Source: an uncultured Acidobacteriaceae bacterium (GTDB taxonomy: Bacteria > Acidobacteriota > Terriglobia > Bryobacterales > Bryobacteraceae). From it: 64,000 nucleotides of DNA. Under the pieces are notes generated by a model. The model saw nothing but the letters and a program-made list of their open reading frames with translations, was not told the origin of the DNA and made no database searches. Both the position numbers and the translations under genes were made by a program. The stretch is taken from the NCBI GenBank assembly GCA_963795425.1, contig CAWCHO010000001.1, positions 339,086-403,085 of the forward strand, given 5' to 3'. Shown one piece after another: positions 26,416-36,523 of the stretch (position 1 is its first letter; each line of letters begins with the position of its first letter).

Positions 26416-28122
26416 ATGACCTTCGTTTTCGCCGTGACCACACCAGGGGAGAAGCTTCTCTCATTAAGCCCCATCGACTTGATCATCATCGCGCTCTACT
26501 TCGTGATGGTTTTGGGGATTGGCTTTTACCTGAAGCGGTTCACGAAAACAGGCGAGGACTTCTTCCTGGCCGGGCGGGATATGACCTCGTGGATTGCGGG
26601 ACTCAGCTTTGTAGCTGCGAATCTCGGCTCCCTCGAATTGATGGGCTGGGCCGCTTCGGCTTACCAGTACGGTATTTTGGCGGCACATTGGTATTGGATC
26701 GGCGCAATCCCGGCGATGCTGTTCCTCGGCGTCGTTATGATGCCGTTCTATTACATTTCCCGGACACACTCGGTGCCGGGGTACCTGAAACTACGTTACG
26801 GCGAATCTGCGCAGGCGCTATCGGCCGTCTCCTTCGGTCTCATGACTGTGCTCATGAGCGGCATCAATATGTATTCGATGGCCTTGGTGCTGAAAATTAT
26901 CCTAGGCTGGGACATCCACTTCAGCATCTGGATCTCTTCGCTTACGGTAGCCGCTTACGTTTTCCTCGGTGGTCTCCTTTCTGCAATCTTCAATGAAGTT
27001 CTGCAGTTTTTCCTCATCTGGCTTGGTGCAATCGTCGTTTCGATTCTGGGGCTGATTGAAGCGGGCGGCTGGACTGGCATGGTGCACCGCATCGCGTTAC
27101 GCTTTCCGGGCCAAGACTTCACGCATTTGTGGGCAGGGCTGGGATCCTTTTCCGACAATCCCATGGGTATCCAGTGGACAGGCATCGTCCTAGGTCTCGG
27201 TTTCGTGATTTCGTTTGGTTATTGGACAACGGATTTTCTGGTGGTGCAGCGCGTGCTTTCCGCAAGAGACCTGCGCAGTGCAAAAATGGCGCCCATCATT
27301 GGCTCAGTTTTCAAAATGGCGCTTCCCTTCATTGTGATCTTGCCCGGGTTGCTCGCTCTCGCGGTCTTGCCGGAGAAGCTCGTAGGAGAATCGCAGGCAA
27401 TAAACGGAGCGCACAGTTATAACGAAGTACTGCCGTTGATGCTTGCGCGTTACTGTGGTCCGGGGCTGCTCGGACTGGGCATCACAGCGCTGATCGCCGG
27501 ATTTATGTCCGGCATGGCAGGTAACGTAAGCGCCTTTGCCACGGTGTGGACGTACGATATCTATCGCGCTTTCATCCGCAAGCGGGGGACCGACAGGCAT
27601 TATGTCGCGGTCGGCCGCTGGTGCACGATATTGGGTGTCCTGGTCAGTATCGGAACGGCATATCTTGTGATGCAGTTTGCCAGCATCATGGATTACGTGC
27701 AGGCGCTGTTCAGTTTCTTTATCGCGCCTCTCTTTGGAACAGTCATCCTCGGCATGTTGTGGAAACGAACCACACCCGCTGCAGGCTTTTGGGGCCTTCT
27801 CGCGGGAACTGTTTCGTCGATCGGAATGTTCGTGTGGGTGCAGCTCGATCCCGCCGCACTGCGCTACATCGCCCTCTCGCCCCGTGCAAAAGACATGGCG
27901 GAGAACATGTATCGCGCTTTGTGGTCTTGGCTGATCTGTGTCATTGTCACCGTGCTGGTGAGCATGGCGACCAAACCGAAACCTGAGTCCGAGCTGACCG
28001 GGCTGGTGTATGGCGCAACCGAGTTGCCGTCCGAAGGCAATCTGCCTCTTATTCATCGGCCTATTTTCTGGGCCGCAGTGGTGGCGGTTGTGTTTGTGAT
28101 TTTGAACATTATCTTTTGGTAG
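26416..28122 (+). CDS. Sodium:solute symporter (SSS/SGLT family)
   Basis: About 13-14 TM. 'FFLAGRDM' and 'GLSFVAANLGSLELMG' are typical of SSS carriers. I chose ATG 26416; a TTG is at 26407. Confidence 0.85.
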   Translation: MTFVFAVTTPGEKLLSLSPIDLIIIALYFVMVLGIGFYLKRFTKTGEDFFLAGRDMTSWIAGLSFVAANLGSLELMGWAASAYQYGILAAHWYWIGAIPAMLFLGVVMMPFYYISRTHSVPGYLKLRYGESAQALSAVSFGLMTVLMSGINMYSMALVLKIILGWDIHFSIWISSLTVAAYVFLGGLLSAIFNEVLQFFLIWLGAIVVSILGLIEAGGWTGMVHRIALRFPGQDFTHLWAGLGSFSDNPMGIQWTGIVLGLGFVISFGYWTTDFLVVQRVLSARDLRSAKMAPIIGSVFKMALPFIVILPGLLALAVLPEKLVGESQAINGAHSYNEVLPLMLARYCGPGLLGLGITALIAGFMSGMAGNVSAFATVWTYDIYRAFIRKRGTDRHYVAVGRWCTILGVLVSIGTAYLVMQFASIMDYVQALFSFFIAPLFGTVILGMLWKRTTPAAGFWGLLAGTVSSIGMFVWVQLDPAALRYIALSPRAKDMAENMYRALWSWLICVIVTVLVSMATKPKPESELTGLVYGATELPSEGNLPLIHRPIFWAAVVAVVFVILNIIFW

Positions 28123-28130
28123 GTGAGCGG

Positions 28131-28346
28131 ATGCACGGGCCCGGTGTTGTTTCGATCTGGTTTTTTATAGGCGTTCTTTTAACTACTTATGGTTTGCTGA
28201 TAACCGCCACGGGTGTTTATGAGCTCGCCACGCCCCCAGCTAACCCGCCGGTGCTCGCGAATCTTCACACCAGCATCTGGTGGGGCGCGGTTCTCCTTGT
28301 GATCGGCCTCATTTATTTCATTCGATTTTTTCCAAAGAAGCCTTGA
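28131..28346 (+). CDS. Small two-TM membrane protein coupled to the symporter
   Basis: AGGTGA at 28121-28126, 4 nt before ATG 28131. Two hydrophobic helices. It starts 8 nt after the symporter stop. Confidence 0.5.
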   Translation: MHGPGVVSIWFFIGVLLTTYGLLITATGVYELATPPANPPVLANLHTSIWWGAVLLVIGLIYFIRFFPKKP

Positions 28347-28383
28347 TGTTCAACCCAGTGAACTTTCCCGACGAGCGCAACCG

Positions 28384-28632
28384 ATGAGCATCGTCGTTGC
28401 CGGCGCGGACTTCGACACGCTGACGGGGGCCATGCATCAGACGCTTGTGCCTCCACATAATACGTACCGACCCGAGCCAGAGAATGTCGCTGTCCATCAA
28501 AAACCCTACGACATTTACGAGCGGATCTATTTCAGTTTTGGCCAACGTAATTCACGGGCGGTGGATGTGGGCGACGTACTGCCTGAGCTTCGAAGAATCG
28601 CCTCGGAAGTGAGGCAGCAGAAATGCGGTTGA
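28384..28632 (+). pseudogene. araB: 3' remnant of a ribulokinase-like (FGGY) gene
   Basis: 'YRPEPENVAVHQKPYDIYERIYFSFGQ...VLPELRRI' resembles the extreme C-terminus of AraB-type kinases (from memory). Only about 80 codons remain, against roughly 550. The frame is open from 28303 with no earlier start. It overlaps the araD start in the usual araB-araD manner. Confidence 0.45.
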
Positions 28633-29324
28633 AGGAATTGCGGGAAGAGGTTCTTGAAGCGAATCTCGAATTGGTCCGCCGCGAATTGGTGATTTTTACG
28701 TTCGGCAATGCGAGTGGGTTTGATCGCGCGAGCGGATTTGCGGTGATTAAACCGAGCGGTGTTCCCTACGAGAAACTGAGGCCGGAGGATCTGGTCGTGA
28801 CCGATCTGGAGGGCAATATTGTGCAAGGAACGTTGCGGCCCTCTTCCGATCTGCCCACACATCTGGCGCTTTATCGCGCCTTTGATGGAGTGAACGGCAT
28901 CGTCCACACACATTCGCGTTACGCGACTGCCTGGGCTCAGGCGAATCGCGAGATCCCCTGTTTCGGAACCACGCACGGCGACTATTTTCACGGATGCCTG
29001 CCGGTAACGCGACCGATGAAAACCGAAGAAATTCAGTCCGAATATGAGTGGAACACCGGGCAGGTCATTATTGAGCGCTTTCGTGACTTAGATCCCATGG
29101 CGACGCCGGCCGTGCTGGTGTCGGGACACGCGCCGTTTTGTTGGGGGCCGTCGCCAACCGAAGCGGCCCACACGGCGGTGATTGTTGAGGAGATCGCTCA
29201 CATGGCATTTCTGACGATTACAATCAACGGCGAGAGCACGGCGATCTCTGAAGCGCTGCAGGACAAACACTTCCTCCGAAAACACGGTCCGGGAGCGTAT
29301 TACGGGCAAAAAACACGGTCCTGA
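28623..29324 (+). CDS. araD: L-ribulose-5-phosphate 4-epimerase (class II aldolase fold)
   Basis: 'ELVIFTFGNASG', 'AVIKPSGVPYEKL', 'PSSDLPTHLALY', 'GIVHTHS..ATAWAQ', 'GTTHGDYF'. This is a full-length AraD pattern. Confidence 0.9.
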   Translation: MRLKELREEVLEANLELVRRELVIFTFGNASGFDRASGFAVIKPSGVPYEKLRPEDLVVTDLEGNIVQGTLRPSSDLPTHLALYRAFDGVNGIVHTHSRYATAWAQANREIPCFGTTHGDYFHGCLPVTRPMKTEEIQSEYEWNTGQVIIERFRDLDPMATPAVLVSGHAPFCWGPSPTEAAHTAVIVEEIAHMAFLTITINGESTAISEALQDKHFLRKHGPGAYYGQKTRS

Positions 29325-29357
29325 AACGGGCTACGGTGAGGTCGTTTGGACATCTGC

Positions 29358-31124
29358 TCAGCGATACCGAACCTGATACACCTTGACGTCGAGCTTCACC
29401 GCGTCCTTCTCTGTTGACGTGCAGCGAACGAGAACGGGCTCTCCTGCCGCGAACGTATCCACTTCGCCAACACCCCACGACAATCCGCTCCAGATCACCT
29501 TGTCGTAGTTAATCCGCACGGGAAGTGGTTGACCGTGCTGCAGCGCTTCGATTTTCAGCACCTTGCCCATGTTTTCACCTTTGGGCGGGCCCCCTGCCCA
29601 GGTCCGGCGAATGTCGCCCTCTGGGGTTCGTTGCTGCAGCACAATGCGCATAACATTGCCGGCTGGCGGCAGGATTGAGGCCTGCACAGCGTGAGAGCCC
29701 ACGGGCTCGAATGTGGCGGGAATCGGGCTGATCCACACCGGAATGACGACCTCCTCTTCAATACCCATGTTGTATTCCGGGCGAGCATATTTCCCGAAAC
29801 CGACGACTGCCATCTGCTCGGGGCCGAGCGATACAGAGTTGCCGGAGAGATGCGGCTCGAAACCGGCATCGCGAAACAGAATGCGTCCACCCGTCGGAGC
29901 CTTTTCTTCCTGTGATAACTGCGGGAGCTCGATGCTGCGCACGGCTTGCGCGGGATTCTCCACGGTGTAAAGCGCACCTTCGGAGCTGAGCGATGCAAAC
30001 CCATAGGGCTCGACGTTGCCCGGGATTCCGCCAAACGTCCTGGGCCGCCCCAGGGCCTCCATCAGCAGATACAGCCGGAACGCTCTCGCCATCCAAGCGG
30101 CCTTCGCGTCATCGATCAGCTCCAGATTTCCGTGAATGGTATTCACCCATCCTCCACGCGCGAGCATCATCATCAGGCCGCTCTTCCAGGCTTGCGTTTG
30201 GCGATAGTAGATGGTGCCGGTCGTTCCATACATTACGCTCGTGGCATCCACTCGCTCGAGCGGTAGGCCGCTATCTTCAAAGCGCCGCACCATGTGATCG
30301 CTGTAAACGTCTTGTGAACGCCAGAAGTTCATCATGGGAACGTCCGATGGCCGTGGGTCGCCTGAATAAATGGAATCGAAAACGGTCAGCCAGCGAAGGT
30401 CGATCGGATGGCGAAAAGGGAACGGTCCTGAAGTCATTTCCATCTCACTGCCGAATCCGTTGAACGCAACCAGAACCACGCCGGGGTTTTTATCGCGGAA
30501 TTGCTTCAATGCGTCGCGGAAGGCGGTCTGATTCCGCCTCTGAATCTCATCGGGGGCCGTCGAAGCTTCGACATCGGGCGGAGCCGCGCCGAAATCCACG
30601 AAATCGAACTTGAACATTCGGACACCGCGGTCATACCAGAGCTGGAGCGTGTTCATGAAATGCGGCAAGAATCCACCTTTGTAGAAGCACATCGCCGTCC
30701 GTTTCGCATTGAGTGAGTCTGCCCATTCGGGTGCGGGATCGAGCTGTACGAGTAAATTGGTCCCGAACCACATACCAGGTTTGATTCCATTTTCACGGCA
30801 CTTGTTTAACCACTGCTCGGGGCCGTTGGGCCACGTTGATTTACGCCATGTGCGGTAGCCGCCGTCTTTCGCGTACCAGAAGGCGTCCATCATGTAGTAG
30901 TCGAAGCGCACGCCATCACGCCGCAAACGGAGTACCTGGTCGAGCTCTTTCATCGCGAGCTGCTCCGTCAGCGGTACGTTGTCGGAAAGCTCGTCGTATG
31001 AAGACCAGTTGTTGTAAACGACGATAGGATCTTGAATCGTTAGGAATCGCGCATCGGGATCGCGAGCAGCCGCCAATGAAAGCGCGCATGTTGCAGCCGC
31101 CAGGACGGGTAGTACGATTTTCAT
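29358..31124 (-). CDS. Exported TIM-barrel protein, distantly alpha-galactosidase-like (clan GH-D-like); specificity unknown
   Basis: Signal peptide MKIVLPVLAAATCALSLAAA. 'NNWSSYDE', 'FDYYMMDAFWY', 'NGIKPGMWFGTN' and 'GVRMFKFDFV' line up with the GWNSWN / DDCW / GLKxGIY / DYLKYDNC blocks of GH27/36 (by eye). The start makes an ATGA overlap with the upstream stop. Confidence 0.7.
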   Translation of the reverse strand: MKIVLPVLAAATCALSLAAARDPDARFLTIQDPIVVYNNWSSYDELSDNVPLTEQLAMKELDQVLRLRRDGVRFDYYMMDAFWYAKDGGYRTWRKSTWPNGPEQWLNKCRENGIKPGMWFGTNLLVQLDPAPEWADSLNAKRTAMCFYKGGFLPHFMNTLQLWYDRGVRMFKFDFVDFGAAPPDVEASTAPDEIQRRNQTAFRDALKQFRDKNPGVVLVAFNGFGSEMEMTSGPFPFRHPIDLRWLTVFDSIYSGDPRPSDVPMMNFWRSQDVYSDHMVRRFEDSGLPLERVDATSVMYGTTGTIYYRQTQAWKSGLMMMLARGGWVNTIHGNLELIDDAKAAWMARAFRLYLLMEALGRPRTFGGIPGNVEPYGFASLSSEGALYTVENPAQAVRSIELPQLSQEEKAPTGGRILFRDAGFEPHLSGNSVSLGPEQMAVVGFGKYARPEYNMGIEEEVVIPVWISPIPATFEPVGSHAVQASILPPAGNVMRIVLQQRTPEGDIRRTWAGGPPKGENMGKVLKIEALQHGQPLPVRINYDKVIWSGLSWGVGEVDTFAAGEPVLVRCTSTEKDAVKLDVKVYQVRYR

Positions 31125-32809
31125 CGATCGGGATACATCTCTGAGTATTGGGGATTGCCGAGGAGTGACCGCAGAAAGAGTCCAAGCTCTCCTGGAGGCG
31201 TCAATCCATCGTGTCGCCACAGCAGCTGTCCGGATGCGTTCGTCAGCCGGAGCGCGGGACGGTGCAATATGGCTGGGCTATCGAGCGGGTTTCCGTCATC
31301 GAAGAGGATCGGTATATCGCCGCTGTTCCAGTCGTATTGCAGATTAGTGGCTGCGCTCTGATCGCGGCGCGCCCCATTCACTACGATTTCTATCTGCAGC
31401 TGCGGAAACTGGCGATGAATGCTTTCGAGTAACGCTATCTGGCCGCGCGATTCATGATCTTGCCTATTTGCAGAAACGAATGCCCGCAAGCACAATTGTT
31501 GGGATTGGTGCGGGCGCTCTTGCGCGCAGTCCTCGAACGAATTGTTGTCAAACCCGACGGAGGGGTTACTCCGAATCAATGTTGGTGAACACGACCGAAT
31601 CGTGTTTTTTTCAAATGTGCCTGTCCCGACAAACTCCGCGTTGTTGACAATAGCAGCCGTGGCCAGGGGAGGATTCCAGAAGATTCGATTGCCCGATATC
31701 TCGAGACCCTTGATCTTTCCACGATTCCACGTTGATAGGAACACTGCCCCTTGGCGGCGGGCCAAACGCGGGCTCAACCCATTCGCCGCACAGATGTTGT
31801 TCCGAACTACGCTGTTGCCCGTCACCCATCCAGCGCCGAAAACGGCCACGCAGTAACCTTCGGTGTCGTGGCCGTAGTTCTCCTCGACAGCGTTGTTGTC
31901 GTTTCCATAATCGATGTCGTAAGCGCCTCCATCCACGCCGGGGCTGTCCGTGAGAAAAGCTTCGTTACCCCGCACCGTGCAATCACGGCACATCCATGTC
32001 CAGATCGCATTAGGCGTGCCGATGGTTTGGGTATCCTGCATGCCGGTTCGCCACGCAACGCTGTTCTCAATGAGCCCCTTGTTCACCTGGAAGAGAACGA
32101 TGCCGTCGCCCGTGACATCGTGAACGATAGAGTTCCGAATTACGACGTTGGTGTTGCGGGAGGCCTCTGGCGGAAATCCATGGCGCACCCCGCCGACAAG
32201 AATCCCGGCCCATTGGGAGGTATGGTAGGCGGTAACGCCGTCAATCAGCAGACCGTCGAAGTGCTGCTGCTCGGTTCCAGCGGCAATCACGACTAGACCG
32301 GTTTCTTTATTCCTTGGCTCGCCGGCTACGTCGTGAACGACGACGTCCTTAAGGTGAATTCCGTGCAGGATCCCTTTCGTTCCGCTGACGAAAACACCGT
32401 ATGGCTGGCCACCGGAAAAGTCTAGATGCTCTATCGTCCAGTACTCCTGGTCAAAGAGCCTCAGCGCGGCCTCCTCGCCCGCTTCAGCATGAATTTGTGG
32501 CAAAGTTCCGGTCCCCCACGCATCGAGGAGGATCGGAGCTGTCGCCGATCCCGATCCTTTCGGGGCCAACATGCCTGCGCAGGTGGAACCCCGCCGGAAG
32601 TAGATGGCGTCACCGGCATTGAACGTGCGGGCGGATACGGCGTCAACGGATTTCCACGCCGTGGAGGGGGACAGCCCGTCCGCTGTATCGTTCCCAACGC
32701 TGCAGTCGACATACCAGGCGCGGCCCCCGGCCGCCGCTACACTGGAATCAACGCCCAGAATGCCGACGAGGACACCCAGCGCGACCGCAACTTGCAATTT
32801 CAAGAACAC
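31121..32809 (-). CDS. Exported right-handed parallel beta-helix (pectin-lyase-fold) protein with an extra C-terminal domain
   Basis: Signal peptide. 'WYVDCSVGNDTADGLSPSTAWKSV' start and repeated 'G..I.N..V.' coils are typical of beta-helix glycanases/lyases. The last roughly 130 aa form a separate domain of unknown type. Confidence 0.8.
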   Translation of the reverse strand: MFLKLQVAVALGVLVGILGVDSSVAAAGGRAWYVDCSVGNDTADGLSPSTAWKSVDAVSARTFNAGDAIYFRRGSTCAGMLAPKGSGSATAPILLDAWGTGTLPQIHAEAGEEAALRLFDQEYWTIEHLDFSGGQPYGVFVSGTKGILHGIHLKDVVVHDVAGEPRNKETGLVVIAAGTEQQHFDGLLIDGVTAYHTSQWAGILVGGVRHGFPPEASRNTNVVIRNSIVHDVTGDGIVLFQVNKGLIENSVAWRTGMQDTQTIGTPNAIWTWMCRDCTVRGNEAFLTDSPGVDGGAYDIDYGNDNNAVEENYGHDTEGYCVAVFGAGWVTGNSVVRNNICAANGLSPRLARRQGAVFLSTWNRGKIKGLEISGNRIFWNPPLATAAIVNNAEFVGTGTFEKNTIRSCSPTLIRSNPSVGFDNNSFEDCAQERPHQSQQLCLRAFVSANRQDHESRGQIALLESIHRQFPQLQIEIVVNGARRDQSAATNLQYDWNSGDIPILFDDGNPLDSPAILHRPALRLTNASGQLLWRHDGLTPPGELGLFLRSLLGNPQYSEMYPDR

Positions 32810-32820
32810 TCACGCGTCCG

Positions 32821-35800
32821 TCACCACTGGAAACGTGCGCCGAACTGCCCGTTGCGCGGCGTCGAACTGACGCTCGTCACATATCCGAAATCTGGGCTGT
32901 TGAGATTTGTATTCGGATTGCTGAAGTTATGTCTGTTGAAGATGTTATAGAACTCAACGCGAAGCTGAAGTAAAAACCTGCCTTCCGAGCCGAAATAAGT
33001 GTTCTTCAGCAGACTGGCGTTCTCACTCTTAATACCGAAGCCCCGGAGCGCGTCAATGCGGGCTGGCCCGTTCCCAAGCTCGCCGTACGCCGGATTCGCG
33101 GCGACCGTAGAAGGGAAGTACTGGTCGGACGCGGGTAGGGTTGAGCCCGTCGGCTGTTGGAAAGTTGCCCCATTAAACTGGCTTCCGTTGTACCCGGATA
33201 GGTTGTAATTGGCGTAGGTTTCGGCCCAGAGTGGGTAGTAATAGTAGTTGGTCGAAGAGAAGCTCAGAGGAGCTCCCGAAGCATACATCACTAAACCGGA
33301 AACCCTCCAGCCGCTAACCAGCGTGTTCGCCAATTTTCCTTTGTTCGACAAGAACTGACGTCCTTTCCCGAAGGGCAACTCATAGGAAACGTAACCCTTG
33401 AACACGTGCTTCTGATCGAAAGGTGACAGCGTATGAGCGGCTTCGGCCAGATTATTGAAATCCTGGATTCCAGAAGTGTCATAGCTATCTCCGAAATTAT
33501 TGAATGTGTCGCCCTCCTGCCGTGAAAGCGTGTAATTCAAATTCATGGACAAGCCGGAAGAGAGCCGCTTGTTTAGTTGGATAACCATGGAGTCGTAATA
33601 GGACTGTCCAAGTGGCAGACCGACGTAGTAAAGAACCGGGTAGAACCAATAGTTTGCTTCCGCCGAAGCAATTTGTGGGTAAGGTGCGATGGCTGCAAAG
33701 GCGGGCGCGCAGAAGCCATTGTACGGGTAGGGAACACCGTTAGCCGCCGCATCCGAACGGCTGCACACATAATTGAACCCGTTTCCTGACCGCGCTAAAG
33801 CCATGAACTGCTGCGCGTTTCCCTGATCATTTTGCAGAGCGGAGTCCTGCAGGTGATGCCCTCGATTGGCGATATAGCTGACTTCAAGACTCATGTTCTT
33901 CGTGAGCTCGTACTGCACGCCCAAATTCCAGTTATCCGTGTATCCTGCCTCCAACGAGTTCGGATCGATACTCACCACGGGGAAAAGCGTAATGGGTGGG
34001 GTCGTAACCTTCGTTCCGGGAGTGAACACTCCGGGGTAACCGCTGTCCCAGTTAAAGGGTGCCGCGGCGGCATTTGTGCTGATATACGCGGGATCGAAGC
34101 CATACGGCACGCCTTGGTAGTACTGAATCCCGATCGGCACGTAGAGAATATTGAAAGCACCACGAAATACAACTTTCTTCCACGGATTCCAGGCAATCGC
34201 GATCGACGGCCCGAAGTTGTGCCAGTCTTCGTTCTTTTCGAAACTGTCACTGCCGCCGTTCGCGTATACGAGCGCCCCCGGAATACCAAGGTTCGGATCA
34301 ATGGCGCTCAGGTCGAAATTGGCCCAATGACCGTATTTCTCGTGCAGGCGAAAAGTTGCATCCCAACGCAAACCAATATTGACGGTCAGATTCGGCGTCA
34401 CTTTCCAGGCATCCTGGGCAAAAAGATCCATCGCCTTCCGCCTTCCGTACAAATCGAACGGCGTTGTTTCGCTTGCCGACTGGACATCGCCCAGCAGAAA
34501 ACTGGCAAAGCCAAACCCAACCTGATTGGCATACGGCTGGCCGGGAGCGCCGGTCGTGTTGTTGGCGAAATTGAACTTAAGCGCGCCAGATCCCCCGTGG
34601 CTGTTGAGCTGCTCCGCGCGGAATTCGCCGCCGAATGTGAACGTGTGCTTGCCCTTCGTCCAGGAGAGATTGTCGCCGTAAATGAACGTGCCGCCTACGT
34701 AATAACCCTGCCATGAATTACCAATGCTGGTCTCATTAAAGCCATTTACGTCGCTGCCAAAGTTAATGACGGGAAAGTTTTCAGCTCCCGTATTGCCGAA
34801 GCCAAGCTGTGATGGCCAATTCGTTCCAGTCGCGGCGGGCGTCGAACCGTTCCGGTAGCGATTGTAAGTCGCATTGAAAACGTTCAGAAGGTTGGGAGTG
34901 ATGGTCCATGCGTCGCTTGCTCGCCATTCATTTCCAATCACCAACTGATCGCGCACATCCGCCAGAGGACCGCCCGTCGTGCTGCCGAGCTGCCAAATAG
35001 CAGCAGCGTCATCGAGCACACGCGGCCGATTGTTGTAAACCCAGGAGCCGGAGAGGTGGTTCTTCTGCGTCAGATTGTGATCGAGCTTGAGAACAGATTG
35101 GATAGGAGTCTGGATTGGGCTATTGCTGGTCGGAACCCGCTCATTTCCCAGAAGTGAGGACGATTGAGGCGCATAGTCGGACTGATAGATAGCTAAGACC
35201 TTCTGTGAGACCGAGCTGAACATGCTCTTCGGTATTTGGTTGTTGACGAACACGGCCCCCGGATCGTTTGGATTGAAGATGGCTCCCGCGTAGATCGGAT
35301 TGCCATGAGTATCAGTGCCCAGTACTGTGCTGGTGTTCAGCAATGCGCTGAAATCGCCATTGAGAAATGCCGTCGTTGGCACGGTAGCTGCCGTATTTCC
35401 CGTGTTATTGGCGCTATTGTTGCCAAGCGTGCCAAGCGTGTATTGGGTCTGCTGGTAGCGCTCAATTGCGGCGAAAAAGAACGTTTTGTCTTTGCGAATT
35501 GGTCCGCCCACGCTTCCACCGTAATCCCAGAAGCGTGACTTTGGCTTATCCGGATCACCCCAGATTCTCGCGTCGAGTAATTCATTGTGGCCGTATCCGA
35601 AACCCGTCCCGTGAAACTGGTTGGTCCCGGATTTGATATTGAACATAATCACGCCGCCGTTAGTGATTCCGTTCTGGGGATCAATGCCGCTGGTCTGCGA
35701 TTCGACTTCCTGAATGGCTTCCATAGTGGGACCAATTTCCATCGAGTCCCCCTGAATCTGAGCCGTCGCAGAGGTTCCGTCTACCGTGAAGTCCTTCGTG

Positions 35801-36363
35801 AACTCCTGGGTGCCGTTGATCACCGCCCCATAGGGGCTGCTGAAGGGCGAATACCCGGGCGTCAGAGCATAAGCGAACGTTTCAATCTGTCTTCCGCCAT
35901 AGATATTGAGTGGCAGATCTGTAACCACTTGCCCGGTCAGGTGCGTTCCTTCGGTGGCTGTTTCGGTGTCGAGAATGGGCGCTTGGGTCGTAACCGTGAC
36001 TGCCTGAGTGGTGGAGCCGACCTCCAGGTGCTCATCAAACTTGGCCACTTGCGTGGACAAAAGTGTGATGGAAGGGATGTCAATTGGTTTAAAGCCCGTC
36101 TTTTCAAATTTGAGCGAATACTGACCGGGGAAGAGGTTGAGGACTGAATAGATCCCGTCATTGTTGGAGATTACGTGCGTTTCTTCGCCGGTACCGAGAT
36201 TCTTCGCCGTGACGTCCACTCCCTGAACCACGGCTCCGCTCGGATCGGTGACCGTACCAGTAATGGTGGCCCGGTTGCCCTGCGCGTTTAGCAATTTCGC
36301 CCCGCCCGGCCCGAATAAGAGCAGCGAAAGCAGACAGGCATAACTCAGAAGCAGATGTTTCAT
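32821..36363 (-). CDS. TonB-dependent receptor, CarboxypepD_reg type
   Basis: Signal peptide MKHLLLSYACLLSLLLF, 'ATITGTVTDPSGAVVQGVDVTA', about 1180 aa, terminal '...GARFQW'. Confidence 0.85.
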   Translation of the reverse strand: MKHLLLSYACLLSLLLFGPGGAKLLNAQGNRATITGTVTDPSGAVVQGVDVTAKNLGTGEETHVISNNDGIYSVLNLFPGQYSLKFEKTGFKPIDIPSITLLSTQVAKFDEHLEVGSTTQAVTVTTQAPILDTETATEGTHLTGQVVTDLPLNIYGGRQIETFAYALTPGYSPFSSPYGAVINGTQEFTKDFTVDGTSATAQIQGDSMEIGPTMEAIQEVESQTSGIDPQNGITNGGVIMFNIKSGTNQFHGTGFGYGHNELLDARIWGDPDKPKSRFWDYGGSVGGPIRKDKTFFFAAIERYQQTQYTLGTLGNNSANNTGNTAATVPTTAFLNGDFSALLNTSTVLGTDTHGNPIYAGAIFNPNDPGAVFVNNQIPKSMFSSVSQKVLAIYQSDYAPQSSSLLGNERVPTSNSPIQTPIQSVLKLDHNLTQKNHLSGSWVYNNRPRVLDDAAAIWQLGSTTGGPLADVRDQLVIGNEWRASDAWTITPNLLNVFNATYNRYRNGSTPAATGTNWPSQLGFGNTGAENFPVINFGSDVNGFNETSIGNSWQGYYVGGTFIYGDNLSWTKGKHTFTFGGEFRAEQLNSHGGSGALKFNFANNTTGAPGQPYANQVGFGFASFLLGDVQSASETTPFDLYGRRKAMDLFAQDAWKVTPNLTVNIGLRWDATFRLHEKYGHWANFDLSAIDPNLGIPGALVYANGGSDSFEKNEDWHNFGPSIAIAWNPWKKVVFRGAFNILYVPIGIQYYQGVPYGFDPAYISTNAAAAPFNWDSGYPGVFTPGTKVTTPPITLFPVVSIDPNSLEAGYTDNWNLGVQYELTKNMSLEVSYIANRGHHLQDSALQNDQGNAQQFMALARSGNGFNYVCSRSDAAANGVPYPYNGFCAPAFAAIAPYPQIASAEANYWFYPVLYYVGLPLGQSYYDSMVIQLNKRLSSGLSMNLNYTLSRQEGDTFNNFGDSYDTSGIQDFNNLAEAAHTLSPFDQKHVFKGYVSYELPFGKGRQFLSNKGKLANTLVSGWRVSGLVMYASGAPLSFSSTNYYYYPLWAETYANYNLSGYNGSQFNGATFQQPTGSTLPASDQYFPSTVAANPAYGELGNGPARIDALRGFGIKSENASLLKNTYFGSEGRFLLQLRVEFYNIFNRHNFSNPNTNLNSPDFGYVTSVSSTPRNGQFGARFQW

Positions 36364-36523
36364 CGCAAACTCCTCCTCACCTATGCACACGCCTAGTAAC
36401 TGCAGATGTGTTGACTAGGACGGCTAAGCCTCAGAATTTCTTTACAAGGGCTGCAAAAAATATTTCGCCGCCGCTGGCTGGAGGCGAGCTGAAATTCGTG
36501 GTACAGTCCTCCTCAAGATCTCG

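Noticed and set aside
33832-34716. Long antisense or alternative-frame ORFs inside real genes (also 59038..60264, 27304..28056, 8161..8955, 36844..37536, 6481..7173, 15343..15984, 9950..10576)
   Set aside because: They are Arg/Gly/Pro-rich and low in complexity, and lie opposite or out of frame with genes that have strong family signatures. This is the expected artefact of high-GC DNA.
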